From Octopus sinensis (lineage: Eukaryota), in NCBI RefSeq assembly GCF_006345805.1, contig NC_043004.1, positions 71,548,001 to 71,612,000 of the forward strand: a stretch of DNA of 64,000 nt. The letters run 5' to 3'. The position numbers and the translations under genes are program-made. The notes beneath the pieces were generated by a model. That model was not told the origin of the DNA. It made no database searches and saw nothing but the letters and a program-made list of their open reading frames with translations. Positions 27,026 to 41,041 of the stretch are shown here, piece after piece; the first letter of the stretch is position 1; each line of letters starts with the position of its first letter.

Positions 27026-28655
27026 GTGTTCACCAGCTGATAGGATTATTTAAATCCTATTTAAGTCAAGTTTTGTTTCTGGTCCATTCAAGTAGTGAGT
27101 TTTTGTTGGGTGAGTTGTATCCAATTATGGCTGGCTTATCTGGTTTTCCTTGAAGGAATCTATCCAGACTCCGTTTAAAGTTGATGGGATCCTTTTCCTC
27201 TTTGATCTCTTTCGGGACAATGTTAAATAGGGCAGGGCCTGTTGAGGAAAAGAAATTATGTTACAGTGTACATGTATGCTGTGTTCTTGAATTGGGCAGG
27301 GGACGTATGGCCTGTGGTCCCAGTCTTGGATGAACCTTGAAGCTAATTTTCAGGTCGTTTGGGCAAAGTTGGCGGTATATTCTCCACATCGTACAAATGA
27401 TGTTCCGCTCACGGCGACGCTGGAGAGAGTAGAGTTTCAAGGCTTTAAGGCGGTCCCAATAATCGAGAGCAGCCATGCCTCGAATTCGTTTAGTGAGTGC
27501 CCTCTGGGGTGATTCAATCCTCGAGATGTTTTGTCTTTTATGGGGAGACCACAGTAGGTAGCAATATTCGAGGTGTGGCCGTACAAAGGAGGAGAAAAGT
27601 GGTATGATGACACCTTGTTCTCTGGACCGGAAAGTTCTTAAGATCCAGAAACTCATCCTACGAGCTATATTGACCTTCTTGTTGATGTGTGCACTCCAGC
27701 TGAGATCGTCATCAACAATCACACCCAGGTCTCTGATATTGTTAGAGGCTGTGAGCAGTTCCCCTGAAGGAAGAGAGTATGGCTGTTTTAGTGAGGAATT
27801 TCTTCCAAAATGCATCAGCTCAAATTTTCCCTCATTCAGTTGCATTTTGTTTCTGTCTGTCCATTGACTCAAAGCATATAGATCAGACTAGAGTTGAGTT
27901 CGGTCTGCTTCTTCATTGATGATTTGCTAGAGCTTAGTGTCATCAGCAAATATTTTCACTTTGCAGTAATGTACGACACTGGAAAGGTCATTTATGTAAA
28001 TTATAAAGAGTAGCGGGCCCAAGACAGTACCCTGAGGGACACCGCTGGTGACTTTTGCTGGGCTTGAGTGGACTCCATCAACTACAACATGTTGTGTTCT
28101 ATTCGTCAGGAAATACTTAATCCAGTGTAGAAGTTTTCCACGTATTCCAACATTTGCTAATTTTGAGAGTAGGATATTATGGCCAACCCTGTCGAACGCT
28201 TTACTGAAGTTAAGATATACGACATCAGAGTTCGAAACCGTTCCCAAGGTTTTGAGTATATCTTCAACGTGGTGTAAGAGCTGTGTTAGACAGTTCATGC
28301 CACAGCGAAATCCATGCTGATTTGCATTTAGGAGTTTGTGGTTCTCCAGGAAGTCAGCTATCCTTGATCTTAACACTCTTTCAAACACTTTAATTATGTA
28401 GGATGTGAGTGAGATTGGGCGATATTTGACTGCGAGGGATCTGTTTCCCTGTTTGAAAACCGGGATGACAGACTGGGATAGATGCTGTTTCGGTATATAA
28501 CCTGATTCTAACGGATTTCTCCAGAAGTTGGTCAGAGGGACTGCAAGTTGGTGTCTACATTCCTTCAAGAGACTAGCGGGGAATCTATCAGGGCCTACAG
28601 CAGAATAGTATTTGACCTCATTTATTGCTGCTATGATGTCAAAGGCAGTGAAGGT
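27023..28655 (-). mobile_element. CR1/L2-group LINE copy 1 (RT plus 3' end)
   Basis: ORFs 27927-28568 and 27261-27872: YRPISLTS, QHGFR, F.KAFDRV.H, GVPQGTVLGPLLF, FADDTKL, FVRPHLEYC, LYSLQRRRER. Confidence 0.95.
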
Positions 28656-28689
<34 letters not shown>

Positions 28690-28692
<3 letters not shown>

Positions 28693-30913
28693 GCAATGCT
28701 GATGGAATATTTTCCACATCATGCAGATGATGTAGCGCTCACGACGACGTTGGAGAGAATAAAGCTTTAGCTTTTCTAGTCGACCCCAATAGTCGAGGCC
28801 TGTCATGCCATCTATCTTTTTTGTGATTGCCCTTTGAGGTGCTTCAACTTTTATGATACCTTTTATTGTGTGGGGAGACCACAGTGGACAACAGTATTCA
28901 AGGTGGGGTCGGGCAAAAGTGGAGAAGAGAAGGATAATGGTGTGGATATCTCTCGACTGGAAAGTTCTGAGAATCCAGGAACACATTCTGCGGGCCATGT
29001 CAACTTTGGTGTTTATATGAGTGGCCCAGCTTATGTTGTTGTCCACAATTACTCCCAAGTCTCTGATGTTGTTGGACGCCGCGAGAGTTTCACCTGAAGG
29101 AAGGGAGTGTGGGAGTTTCAGGGCATCCTCTTTTCCAAAGTGGATTAACTCAAATTTATCCTCGTTCAGCAGCATATTGTTTTTTTTCTGCCCATTGGAT
29201 AACAGCCAGTAGATCTGACTGAAGGCATGTCCGGTCACTCGCCTCATTTATGACCTTCTGTAGCTTGGAATCATCTGCAAAGATTTTTATGTTGCTGTGC
29301 TTGATGATGTCATTAATGTCATTAATGTAAATGATGAAAAGAAGTGGGCCCAGCACAGTGCCTTGCGGAACGCCACTACTGACTTTGGCTGGGCTTGATT
29401 TTACCCCTTCAACTACAACATGTTGAGATCTGTCTGTCAGGAAACACTTGATCCATTTCAGTAACTTTCCAGAGACACCAATGTTGGATAGTTTTTTCAA
29501 TAGGATCTTGTGATCGACCCTGTCGAAGGCCTTACTGAAATCAAGGTAGATGACATCGGTGTTGGAGCCCTCTCCCAAAGCTCTCAAAATGTCCTCAAAG
29601 TGATGCAGGAGCTGCGTTAGGCAGTCCCTTCCATTACGGAACCCATGTTGGTTAGAGATCAGCCGTCTGTTGCTTTCCAGAAATTGGGTTATTCGAGATC
29701 TCACCACCCTCTCAAATACCTTGATGATATGAGAGGTGAGTGAGATCGGACGGTAGTTCACTGCAAGGGACTTGTTTCCCTTTTTGAAAACTGGGACAAC
29801 AGACTGGAACAGAAGGTTTTTTGGAATATAGCCAGCATCCAGTGAGTTTCTCCACAGATTAGCAAGGGGATATGCAAGTTGGTGTCGACACACCTTCAGG
29901 ACACAAGCAGGGAACCTATCGTGGCCTACTGCTGAATTGTGTTTTATTTCGTTTATCGCCGCTAAGACATCAGGGGCACTAAACGTTATGTCCGATATAG
30001 TGTGTTGGGGGTTGACATCACTGATACAGCCCAGATCGGCCGTATCAGGATTGCTGAAAACAGAGCAGTATTGTTAATGCAGTATCTCGGCCATGGATTT
30101 GGCATTATCTTGGAGAGTGCCAGTTTCATCAATTAGAGGGCCAACAATGGAGACAGTGACCCTGCGTTTCCTCGCAAATGAAAAGAACACTTTGGGGTTG
30201 AGTTTGATTTTTTCAATGGCCCACTTCTCTTCAGCTGATCTTTGGTTATTGATGAGGGTCTTCATGCATTGTTGGAGGTTATATTTTTTGGATTCAAGCA
30301 GTGCGATAGCCGTCGAATGTGTGTGTTGCTGTTGGCAGTACTTTAGTTTGTTAATTTTTTTGTTTGTTCTTTTTATTTTTCTGATAATGGTTTTTCTGTT
30401 TTGGGGGATTCTGCACTTTTTGTTCACAGGTCTTGGTGGGGAGTGTTTTGCACATATGTCTGTGACGGTGTCTACAAAGATCTGCCAGGATGTTTTATGG
30501 TTGGTGGAGATGTGTGTATGTGTAAAGGACCAGTCAACACGTGATAGCTCGTTCCTGATTGCATCCCAGTTGGCATTATGGAGATCCATGTTGTCAAATG
30601 GGTGGGCTGGAGGGAGGTCACTAGGATTAGCTTTCGGCTGGTGGAATTTCATGTTACAGAGAACCATGTCATGGTCTGAAAGAAGGGTTTTTTCCACTGT
30701 AACGTTATGTATATTGTGTTAGTGTGGTTACTAAACACTAGGTCCAAAATGTTCTGATGTCTTGTTGGTGCAAGGACAAGTTGGGACAAGAAAAACTCAT
30801 TCGTAAAGTCGAAAAGTGACTCTGCTGCTTCTTTGTCAGCGGTTGAGGCGGGAGTGCTTGGTTTCAAACAGTTTGTAGTCCAGTCAACACAGGGTAGATT
30901 GAAGTCTCCCATC
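28690..30913 (-). mobile_element. CR1/L2-group LINE copy 2 (EN fragment plus RT, 3'-truncated)
   Basis: MGDFNLP, NILDLVFSN and LSDH (APE endonuclease); YLDFSKAFDRVDH, GVPQG, FADDSKL; frameshifted. Confidence 0.95.
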
Positions 30914-30954
30914 ATATATATATATATATATATATATGATGGGAGCCATGCGTG

Positions 30955-31292
30955 AAGGCGCATGGCTCAGTGGTTAGAGCGTCGAGCTTACGATCGTGAG
31001 GTTGTGAGCTCGAATCCCGGACCGGGCTGCGTGTTGTGTTCTTGAGCAAGGCACTTTATTTCACGTTGCTCCAGTTCACTCAGCTGTAGAAATGAGTTGC
31101 GACGTCACTGGTGCCAAGGTATATCGACCTTTGTCTTTCTCTTGGATAACACTGGTGGCGTGGAGAGGGGAGGCTGGTATGCATGGGTGACTGCTGGTCT
31201 TCCATAAAACAACCTTGCCCGGACTTGTGTCTAGGAGGGTAACTTTCTAGGTGCAATCCCATGGTCATTCATGACCGAAGGGGGTCTTTACC

Positions 31293-31296
<4 letters not shown>
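30955..31296 (+). mobile_element. tRNA-derived SINE, nearly full length
   Basis: A box tggctcagtgg, B box gctcgaatccc; body shared with 858-1110; followed by (TA)n. Confidence 0.9.
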
Positions 31297-31329
<33 letters not shown>

Positions 31330-31344
31330 GATATATATATACAT

Positions 31345-32065
31345 CTTATTTTATCCTATATTAATTGTATATATATATTTATATATATAATTAATATAGG
31401 ATAAAATTTTTTTCGGGAAAATAATTTTATCAATGGCCAGCATATCAAAAAATGCCTCTAAAGGTAAAATTTATAAATAATTTACAAGATAAGGGCAGAA
31501 AAAAATTCTAATGCCAAATATGCCGAAACAAAAAATTGTCGATAACCATTATAATTTATGCGTCTCGAAACAAACAGATAGAAATCTCTGAAAAATTCGT
31601 TATTACCGTATTGGTCCAATTTCGGGGTTAATTCATAAGAAATTTTCCCCTCTTCAGCGGCAAATACGCGAGATATAAATGAAATACTTACTCATACCCA
31701 TGGAAAAAGCAAGCACTAAGTCCTGAGCAGACTTAAGTACCCCAAATATATCCAAAATAAAAAAATCATCGACGCACCTCGAGACACGTGTGATTCGAAC
31801 TAGAAACTTTCACAGAGTGATAGAATCCGGAAGTGAACACTAATCTATTTATAATTAATATAGGATAACATTTTTTGGGGAAAAAATATTTGCCGCTGAA
31901 GAGGGGAAAATTTCTTATGAATTAACACCGAAATTGGACCAATACGGTAATAACGAATTTTTTTAGAGATTTCTATCGGTTTGTTTCGAGACGCATAAAT
32001 TATAATGGTTATCGACAATTTTTTGTTTCGGCATATTTGGCATTAGAATTTTCTTCTGCCCTTAT
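31345..32065. repeat. Fold-back structure: ~175-bp inverted arms (31490-31666 / 31887-32065) plus a direct repeat at 31387 and 31852
   Basis: ataagggcaga...cagcggcaaata versus tatttgccgctg...tctgcccttat. Confidence 0.9.
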
Positions 32066-32099
32066 GTTGTATATTTATATATATATATACATACACACA

Positions 32100-32201
<102 letters not shown>

Positions 32202-32218
32202 TTGCATATATATATATA

Positions 32219-32310
<92 letters not shown>

Positions 32311-33055
32311 ATATATTAGTATGTATATAAGAGAATGAGAAAAGCAGACAAGAGAGATTCTTGGGGGTGTATTGTGTGTATGTTTGTGTAAAGAGTATGC
32401 ATGTAAATATTTGCAACCATGTAAATATGTATGCAATAAGAGATGTAGGATAAGAGAGAGAGGGATAGAAAGAGAGAGACAGATGAGGACGGGAGAGAAA
32501 GAGAGAGAAAGAGAGGAAGGGAGACAAAGAGAGAGAGAGAAACATGCTTTTAAAAGCAATGACTAAATAAAGATTTGACATTTTGAATTGTAATCAAACT
32601 TCAACATATTGAATGTATAAATACTATTGAAAAGAAACCCCTTTCATTATAAGTTTCATAGCGAAAACCCCATTTTTCTGTCCCCCTCTTACATCACTTG
32701 TATTCATTCTTCTTCTTGTTTATCTTTCCATCTTGTGCTTCTTCCTGACTACTTTTTCTCTCTTTCTTTAAAGAAGACAATCGACATCTTGAAATGCTTT
32801 TAGTTACATGTTCACAGACCATCTCAAAATACTTTCCTCCTTTATTTTCTCTCCTATTTTTCTTCCTTTCTTTCCCCCTCCTCCCCTCCCCTTTTTCTTT
32901 TTCACCTCTCCCCCTCTTCATTTACACACAAAAGCCCAGAAAATTTCTACAAAACTGACCTTGAGAAATTCGTATGAATGATGAAAGCGCTAAATAAAGT
33001 ATTATCCAAAATTCCGACTGCCTCCTTGTTTTCTTTATATTTATATATATATATG

Positions 33056-33264
33056 TATCTATACAATATGTTACATTACTCGTAGTCAAGATAAAACTCT
33101 GAGTTTCAGATGCCGAAGTGGAAATCCACAACACCATCTCTTCGGTTATCTGGCTATTTAAATAGCCAGATAACCGAAGAGATGGTGTTGTGGATTTCCA
33201 CTTCGGCATCTGAAACTCAGAGTTTTATCTTGACTACCGAGTAATGTAACATATTGTATAGATA
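33056..33264. repeat. Near-perfect 209-bp palindrome without spacer
   Basis: Centre ggctattt|aaatagcc; arms 104 and 105 bp differing by one indel. Confidence 0.95.
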
Positions 33265-33299
33265 AATTTCCTCTATTTACATAATATTGAGGTCTCTTT

Positions 33300-34490
33300 C
33301 TTTCTTTTGTTATCTTACCGTTTTATCAATATATATATATGTAGGTTGAAAAGGAACACGCGAGTTGATATATATGGAAAAATCAAGGTAGAAAATGCTA
33401 AATTAATTTGATAAAAAAACATTTCAGTACCGGTTTCAGTTATTGAGACATTTTCAACTGTAAGTATGGAAAACAATTAAATTTTCGAAAAATTAAAAAA
33501 TAATTTTTTTTAAGAATATTTGCATAGTGTTCAAATACAAGTGGCATTTTCCTTGTTTCTGCCTGTTTCTCTCTCTTGTTTACTCTTCTGAGTTCGAGGA
33601 CGCTGTGAATTCTTAGTAGGGAAGAAGAAGAAAAAAAAAGAAGAATGCGGGAGTGCCATGATAGTAGTATGTTAAATGGTCAGGTATCCTGAAAGTGACC
33701 CGTTGTGGATGCCAGTAGTGATTGAGTTCCTGAAACATCTCTTTTGAATGTTTTGCTTATAACATTTGCGTAGGCTTTATTCGGAACCGAAATAGCGGTA
33801 AAGTTAGGAAAGACGTGGCGGAGAGGAAGAAGGCGAAGAAGAAGAAGAAAGAGAAAGGAGAATAAGAAGGAATGTAGTTAGCATGATAGTAGTAAGGAGT
33901 AAGGTGTTAAATGATCAAGTGACTTAAACGTGGATCGTTATGGTATATAGCAGTGATTGGGAATGTTTAATGAAATATTGGGAATCCCTTGAAAGTAATA
34001 CTTTTAATATTAATTTTAATATACTAAGGCCGTGGTGGATAAGTCGTTTGTTGTAGATGTTTTCAAAAGGGGTCTGTATTTTGTAATAAAGCGAGTCACT
34101 TTACTAATTCGTTGGCTACAGATTGCATTGTCCCTGAATTAGAAGAGAGGGGATATATTCTAAAGCTTGGATTTTTGTTATTGGAACAAATGTCGATGTG
34201 TTAGCTGAATGCTATGTTTCTGTTTTGGGGAATTTTGATCTGGATCTATGCAGAGCCATTCTTTTACGTAGACTGTTTTTTGTTTGGTCTATGCTTTGCT
34301 CTTGACACCCAGAGCAGGTTAGTGTGTATATCAGATTCTTCGAAGCATATGTGAAGTTGCTTTTCACTGTGAATCGTTGTCCCTGTTTGAAGGAGAACTC
34401 TGACCCATCAATTGAATTGTTGCATATCTCACAGTTGGGTCTTCCACATTTTTTACTCACGGCTTTTTCTTTTAGCTTTTCCAAAATTTA
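33300..34490 (-). mobile_element. Penelope-like element: GIY-YIG remnant and duplicated tail
   Basis: ORF 34212-34484 KCGRPNCEIC...NLIYTLTCSGCQEQSIDQTKNSLRKRMALHR. Confidence 0.8.
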
Positions 34491-34586
34491 ATTGTATTCC
34501 ATACTTACAGTTGAAAAATCTGTGACTGAAACCGGTGTTGAAATGATTTTTATAAAATTATTTCAGCATTTTCTACCTCGACTTTT

Positions 34587-34679
<93 letters not shown>

Positions 34680-35590
34680 ATATATACATTAGATGAAAGG
34701 AGACAACAAAGCCCATGGTGTGTGGAGATTTTTTAGGATATTTATAAAGGGGAAGTTAGTCTTACAACTGTTTCTGGGATATTAGGTATATCCCTTCATC
34801 ACAGACGCGGAAAATATTTTAGACAGTTTTAATAAAATGCTTTTGTGAATGAACTCAGTTGGTTTCATTGAGTTTACAAATATATGAGAAGATATAATTT
34901 AACTTATATTAGAAAATCAGTCTTCCAGTTGGTGATGTGTGAATGTTCAGGCTTGAATACTTTGAAAACTAGACGTGTATGAAAGAGGAGATGAGAAAAA
35001 ATCCTCTGGTTTGTTTACACCCAGCGAGTAAGAAAGTCAAACGATATTGCAGTTTGTAAATTAGAAAAAAGGAAAAAAAGTGTTCAAACAGAGAAACAAA
35101 AATACGGTGCGTGTGAAATAAAACTTTATTTAGAATTTCTGAATGCTTTATAATATTCGATGGGAAATTATTTGCAAATACAGATAAATAACAAAAAGTC
35201 CAGTGTTATAATCTTTTTTTACCATGTCAAAAGTAATTGAAATAAAAGTGATATCGAAAAGTGTAGATCACTTTCCAATGGACGACGAGAAAAATATTGT
35301 AAACAACATTACATCATAAATATGAGGAATTTAAGCTTTAAAAATGTCGCAACAAGAAAATATAATCATGGAAAGGAAGAAAAGAAAGAAAAAGTCCATT
35401 TCTTTATTATTAAAGCTTTTAATTATTAGTGGTTTTCGGAAAGTGAAGTTCGTGAGTTGGGTGCTTCATGGATTGATTCGATAGGTTAAATGGAATCTGT
35501 GGAACTAAGCGGTTTTAGGTTATACTAGATTCGATTTAAGTGACTATTCCATCTCAGCAAATTATAATTTCAGCACACACACACACACAC

Positions 35591-35653
<63 letters not shown>

Positions 35654-35657
35654 ATAT

Positions 35658-35690
<33 letters not shown>

Positions 35691-35785
35691 TATGCATATA
35701 TATATACATATATATCTTTGCATGTATGTATGTATGTATATATATATATGCATATGTACGCATCTATATGTATATATGCACTGTA

Positions 35786-35942
<157 letters not shown>

Positions 35943-36361
35943 GTGTGTATTTTTCCTTTGTTTACAATTAACACTGAAAAAATAAATAAACCGTTTCGAA
36001 GGCAGCAAAAAATCACACAAATAATAAGGGTGTAACTCCTTATTTTTCAAGGTAGAAACTCCGGCTTTATGTGAAATATTTTGTATAATACATGTAAATA
36101 AATAAATAGAGTTAAACGCAGGTGTTATTCAAATTCTTTTACTTCCAACGCATGTTTCGATGACAACATTGGTATTATTCAAAAGGAATAATATAGTGTA
36201 AAACAATGTAATCTTCTCTTCAAGATCTTACCGACCCCATTAAGCATTTCAAAAACATTCCCATTTTAACATATGTATTGTCAAATAGTTAGGTAATGAG
36301 CAAAATAGGGTACAGGATAAACATCAGTGCAGACAGATAGTCACACATACACACATATCAG

Positions 36362-36428
<67 letters not shown>

Positions 36429-37154
36429 CCAATAGATGTTTCGAGAAGCAATTCCAAGTAAACTTACTACCTCATTATACATTAAAGTGCCACAAGAAAA
36501 AGACAAGGCAATCCGTTCCTATTATGCAGTGTGTCACAGAGAGATCCAGATATTGGTTAAGTATAATCGTGCGTATTTCAATCTTCCTCCATCTGAAATT
36601 TTCTTTGAAATTCATTTGTTCGGCCTTTTTATAAGCTAAATGAATTAACCGACAAGTCCGCAGGGCCTTGTCCTTATAGTGGAAAGGGCCTCTTCTGCCT
36701 TGGGCTCGTTAGTTTGTCTGCAAATGACCCTCATCATAAATGAAATCTTCCAAAACTTTCGTTTCTTCTTTCCTGATGAGCAATTGGTGAAACAGAATAT
36801 ATAGTGACTTATGCTTGTGAGCGCGCGTGTAAGTGTGTACGTAGTTTGTGTTTGAGTGTGTGTGTGTGTATGTGTGTGTGTGTGTGTATTTCAAATTTTC
36901 AGAAAAAGAAAAGACGAAGACAGGTGTAGTAACAACAGTTATGTATATTAGTGTAAGGCTCGGGAAAAATGGAAAAGTCTTTTACGTTTCGAGTCTACGC
37001 TCTTCGACAGAAAGGAATAAGAGGGGAAAATGGTGAGAGAATGAAAGCGAGATAGTAATGGTAAGCCCAACGTACTAAGGTGCACAAGCGTGTGTGTGTG
37101 AGTATGTATGTGCGAATAATGGCGAGTGATTTAGACGTGTGTGTTTGTGTGTGC

Positions 37155-37437
37155 AAAAGTATTATATTTTAACATCACAATAATATTGACAGTTTTCGGT
37201 TGGTTAATATTTTAAGAATTTTGTACTGGATAATTTATACTTAAAGTCGAAAGAGGCGTGGTCAGTGATAACAAGTAAGATGTTAAGTTGTTGATAAAAT
37301 GAAGGCATAAATAGGTTTGTATGTTTGTATGTTCATAATAGGCATTACATTCTCCCATTTTAAACAGCGAACTACTTTAATCCTCACTTTTGCGTTCAAA
37401 TACGGCCACGGTCACATTTTTTTGATTGCTAGATATA
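37155..37437. repeat. Paralogue of 22425-22735 (upstream block of gene A)
   Basis: gcaaaagtatta...gtcgaaagaggcgtggtcagtgataacaagtaagat...ggccacggtcacatttt..gattgctagatat, visibly high identity. Confidence 0.9.
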
Positions 37438-38124
37438 TGCGTGTGTAACGTGTGTATGTGTGTGTTTCGTGTAGCAGTCGTTGTGTGCTTTCTAAAGTGG
37501 TGTGATCACATGTGTATGTGTTTGTGTCTGTGACCAAATTGTGTGCATGTGTATAGTGTATGCTTGTAGGAGAACGTTATCCTTATCTATATGTATTGCG
37601 TATATCATGCGTGTTCTGTGTGTCTGTATACATTGTCTTTGTTTAGGTATCATGTACCTGCGTGCGTGTGGGAATATATACTGTTTGTGTCCAGGCATTA
37701 TGTACTTTTGTTAGTGTGGTAGTATGCATGAGGGTGTGTGGTGTGTGTACTGAGTTAAAGAGTGGGTGTGGCTGCTCGTATAGGGATATGTATGGTGGCG
37801 TTATTGAAGATTGTGTGTGAGTGTGTGGATAATTGTGCGTGGTGTAGGTGTTTAGAAGTGTTTGGTGGTAGTGTATGTGGAGTAGAAAGGTGGTGTGGGG
37901 TGTGTGTGTAAAGGTGTTTTAAGTCAGTGATGAGTTGAACAGTGTGTATGTGTTTGAGGGTACTGGTGTAGTGAGGTTACCGATGTGGGCGGTATGCAGT
38001 TGAGTAGGTGGCGGGGGAATTTATATGTGGGAGGTGTGTGTATCGATGCACGCACACTCACATACACATTCACACATACACACACATATTATTAACATAA
38101 GTAATTCCAGGAATAATATAAATT

Positions 38125-38180
38125 CTACTTCAATAATGTGTAGATATCCAGAGCGTCTAGTAGAATCTTAACGTATTTGT
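38125..38180 (-). CDS. Candidate terminal exon of gene C (NKYVKILLDALDIYTLLK*)
   Basis: Strong acceptor (t)14gcatttcag|; phase 1 fits the 48197 donor; no homology support. Confidence 0.3.
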
Positions 38181-39738
38181 CTGAAATGCAAAAAAAAAAA
38201 AAAAGAAAATTTAAACCAATTAAAATATTGATTGTGGTTGTATACAAAAGCTGCATCGTCGTTGAAATGAAAGATATACAAACGTTAAAGAAAATAAATA
38301 TTTGAGAAGGAGAATTTAAAAAGGAATTAGAAAGAACTTCCAAAAACCTTTGAAAATGTCATTAATGGAATCTGTCATATTATTAGCAAAAACAGAGTTA
38401 GCTTCAATGGTTTCACCTTCGCTGCCTGTCAGGTACCTGATCTTAAGGTGATTTCCAATTATAATACATTTTAAAGGAAACTCACGAGTAGTGATTGAAA
38501 TGGATTCCAGAATCTTTAGGCACGTTGCAATATTTAAGTTTTACGTGAAACAACGTTGGTTGGGATGGGAACCTCTCTGGAATTTGGTTATAAATCAGTC
38601 AAATAAATACACAAATGTATATTCTTTCATTCTTTTATTTGTTTCGGTTATTTGACTGCGGCCATGCTGGAGCAACGCCTTGAGAGGAGCAAATCTACTG
38701 CCGCAGCAGTAGAGGGAGCATTTCTTGTTCGACGTTGCTCGTTGCTCTGGACGGCTTGTTGCGCTGCAATACGTGTTAACTGATCACAACGCTGCCCTTC
38801 ACTTTCCCTTCTTCGCGCTGAAGTGCATTGAGAGAGTTCCTCTTGGCGGCGTCCTCGGCAGATTCAATTTGCACGCATACGTTTACTTTTCTTTGTAGCA
38901 TCTGTTTGCCGACCTATATTGGATCTTATGCGTCAAGGCATGGTGGAAAATTATCATTTTACGCAATAGAAAAGGTTCTCAGGAAAAAGCGGCGAATGTG
39001 TAGTACCTCCCACCCCACAAAATAGTAAAATGTACTTGGCAAAAATGTTAATCAAACACCGAATTAAGGATTTTAAATTTTGGGTAAGAGTTTTGAAATT
39101 GCTAGTTTATGTTGAAATAGTTATATGAAAAAGAACGCTCACGTGAAAACAGAGGCAAAGTGTAACTCGCAAATGAATACTGCTGGCAGTACTGTGCAAG
39201 CAGTTGATAAGAGCTCACGACAGCTGACAAAGTAAAGCATTGATTGTTTCCAGCTGGGTGTGTGTCACGTTTTTTCGCTGGCTCAAGCCAAACCCTAAAG
39301 GTATTGAGAGTAGTATATTTATGTTGGCGGCTCGGAATTTCAAGGACAAAATTGTAAGAAAAAGCGTCCTAAGTCAAAGAGAGCACACATGTCAAATTTG
39401 GTGAAATTCGGTTGAAAATTGTAGGAGTAGAAGTGGTTCAGAAAATACACAGACAGACAGACAGACAATTTGCCTTTTAATATATAAGATAATTCTTGTA
39501 GCACTTCGTTAATTCAGTAAATATCGAAGCGGAAAATTGAAAGTAAAAGAAACAGACTGGCTAGCATGGACGTTACCGGATGCAATCTGTAAGTAGGACT
39601 TTTCCTTAAAGAATGAATTGTAATAATTACTGTTGTCATCCAAATTCCAGTTATGTTTCTCTTTGTTTATTTAAAATCAAGTCCCACCTTCTAGGAAGGA
39701 TATCAATAAATATAAAAAGTGGAAGCGTACAATCTCAG

Positions 39739-39787
<49 letters not shown>

Positions 39788-40303
39788 ATACACACATGTA
39801 CACACATCTATATATACATTCATAAATATGTAGACAAACACACATATAACCATTTGCAGAAACAAAAAAGAAATATATTACCAGACACGTCCTCTCTGTA
39901 ACCAATTTTATATTTGCTATTTTGTACCTTCTTTGCTCCCAGCGCACCATGTTTTGTACTGTCATCTGGCCTGATGGCAATATCCTCCTGACTGAAAATA
40001 ATATATTACCGTTAATGCATTCAACTTACGTTCATCATAATGAAATACTTTACGACTGTATTTACGACAATCAGTTCTGTTTAATGAAATCACTGAGTTT
40101 ATATGTAATGTTATTTAGCTTCAGTTCAAGTCTGAAGAACAGAGAGTTAAAGAAGGAGTGTCAGATGAGACTGAAAGGAAAGTTTGAGGACGCGTGACTG
40201 TTGCGGACGAGATGTATAATGGATGAGAGCAAATGGGTAGGGATTCAATTAAAGGATAGAACAGAGACGGCGATGTGTTTCATTAGTAGTTGTAAAATAG
40301 TAA

Positions 40304-40369
<66 letters not shown>

Positions 40370-40389
40370 CGTGTATGTATGTGTGTATG

Positions 40390-40431
<42 letters not shown>

Positions 40432-40948
40432 TACACACAAAATAAGATATAATAATATGTTAATATATTAAGATATATTAAATATATTAAGTGACTCGTT
40501 AGCAATTAAAAACCAAGAGGAATTAGTAAATGAGGGTGCAAAAAGCACCGGCGACAGCTAAAAATAGCAGTGAAAGTTTACTTCGGAAAGCTACTAAAAG
40601 CACTAACCTCATGGTATTTGGGGGTTTCGGGCACAATAAGCTCAACGTTCTTTCCCTTCTGACATAAACTTACAGAAGGAAATAGTTGGACAAAGCCTCA
40701 TCACGTGATTTCGAAATTTGATCAGAATGATCTTGTTTCTCAATTATTACGATGCAGGCTATCTCATTAACCCTAAGTAGCGGTAGAGGTGGCCTCTGAT
40801 GAGAAACAATTTAACCGTTGTGAACTTCAGCGCTTGCTTATCAACGTTTTTTTTTCTTCCTATGAACTAGTACGATGCTTTTAGCGGCTTTCCAAGTTAA
40901 ATTGTGACTCGTTTCAAGAAATCGCCAGTGCTATTTTGCATCCTCATT

Positions 40949-40992
<44 letters not shown>

Positions 40993-40995
40993 CAA

Positions 40996-41041
<46 letters not shown>

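Noticed and set aside
30093-30722. 209-aa plus-strand ORF
   Set aside because: Antisense to the CR1 ORF2, which has recognisable motifs on the minus strand
36773-36795. ctgatgagcaattggtgaaac hammerhead-like core
   Set aside because: Stem II does not close and no stem I or III partner is evident
40030-40076. 47-nt candidate internal exon with a gtaagt donor
   Set aside because: Weak polypyrimidine tract, no paralogue, no recognisable peptide
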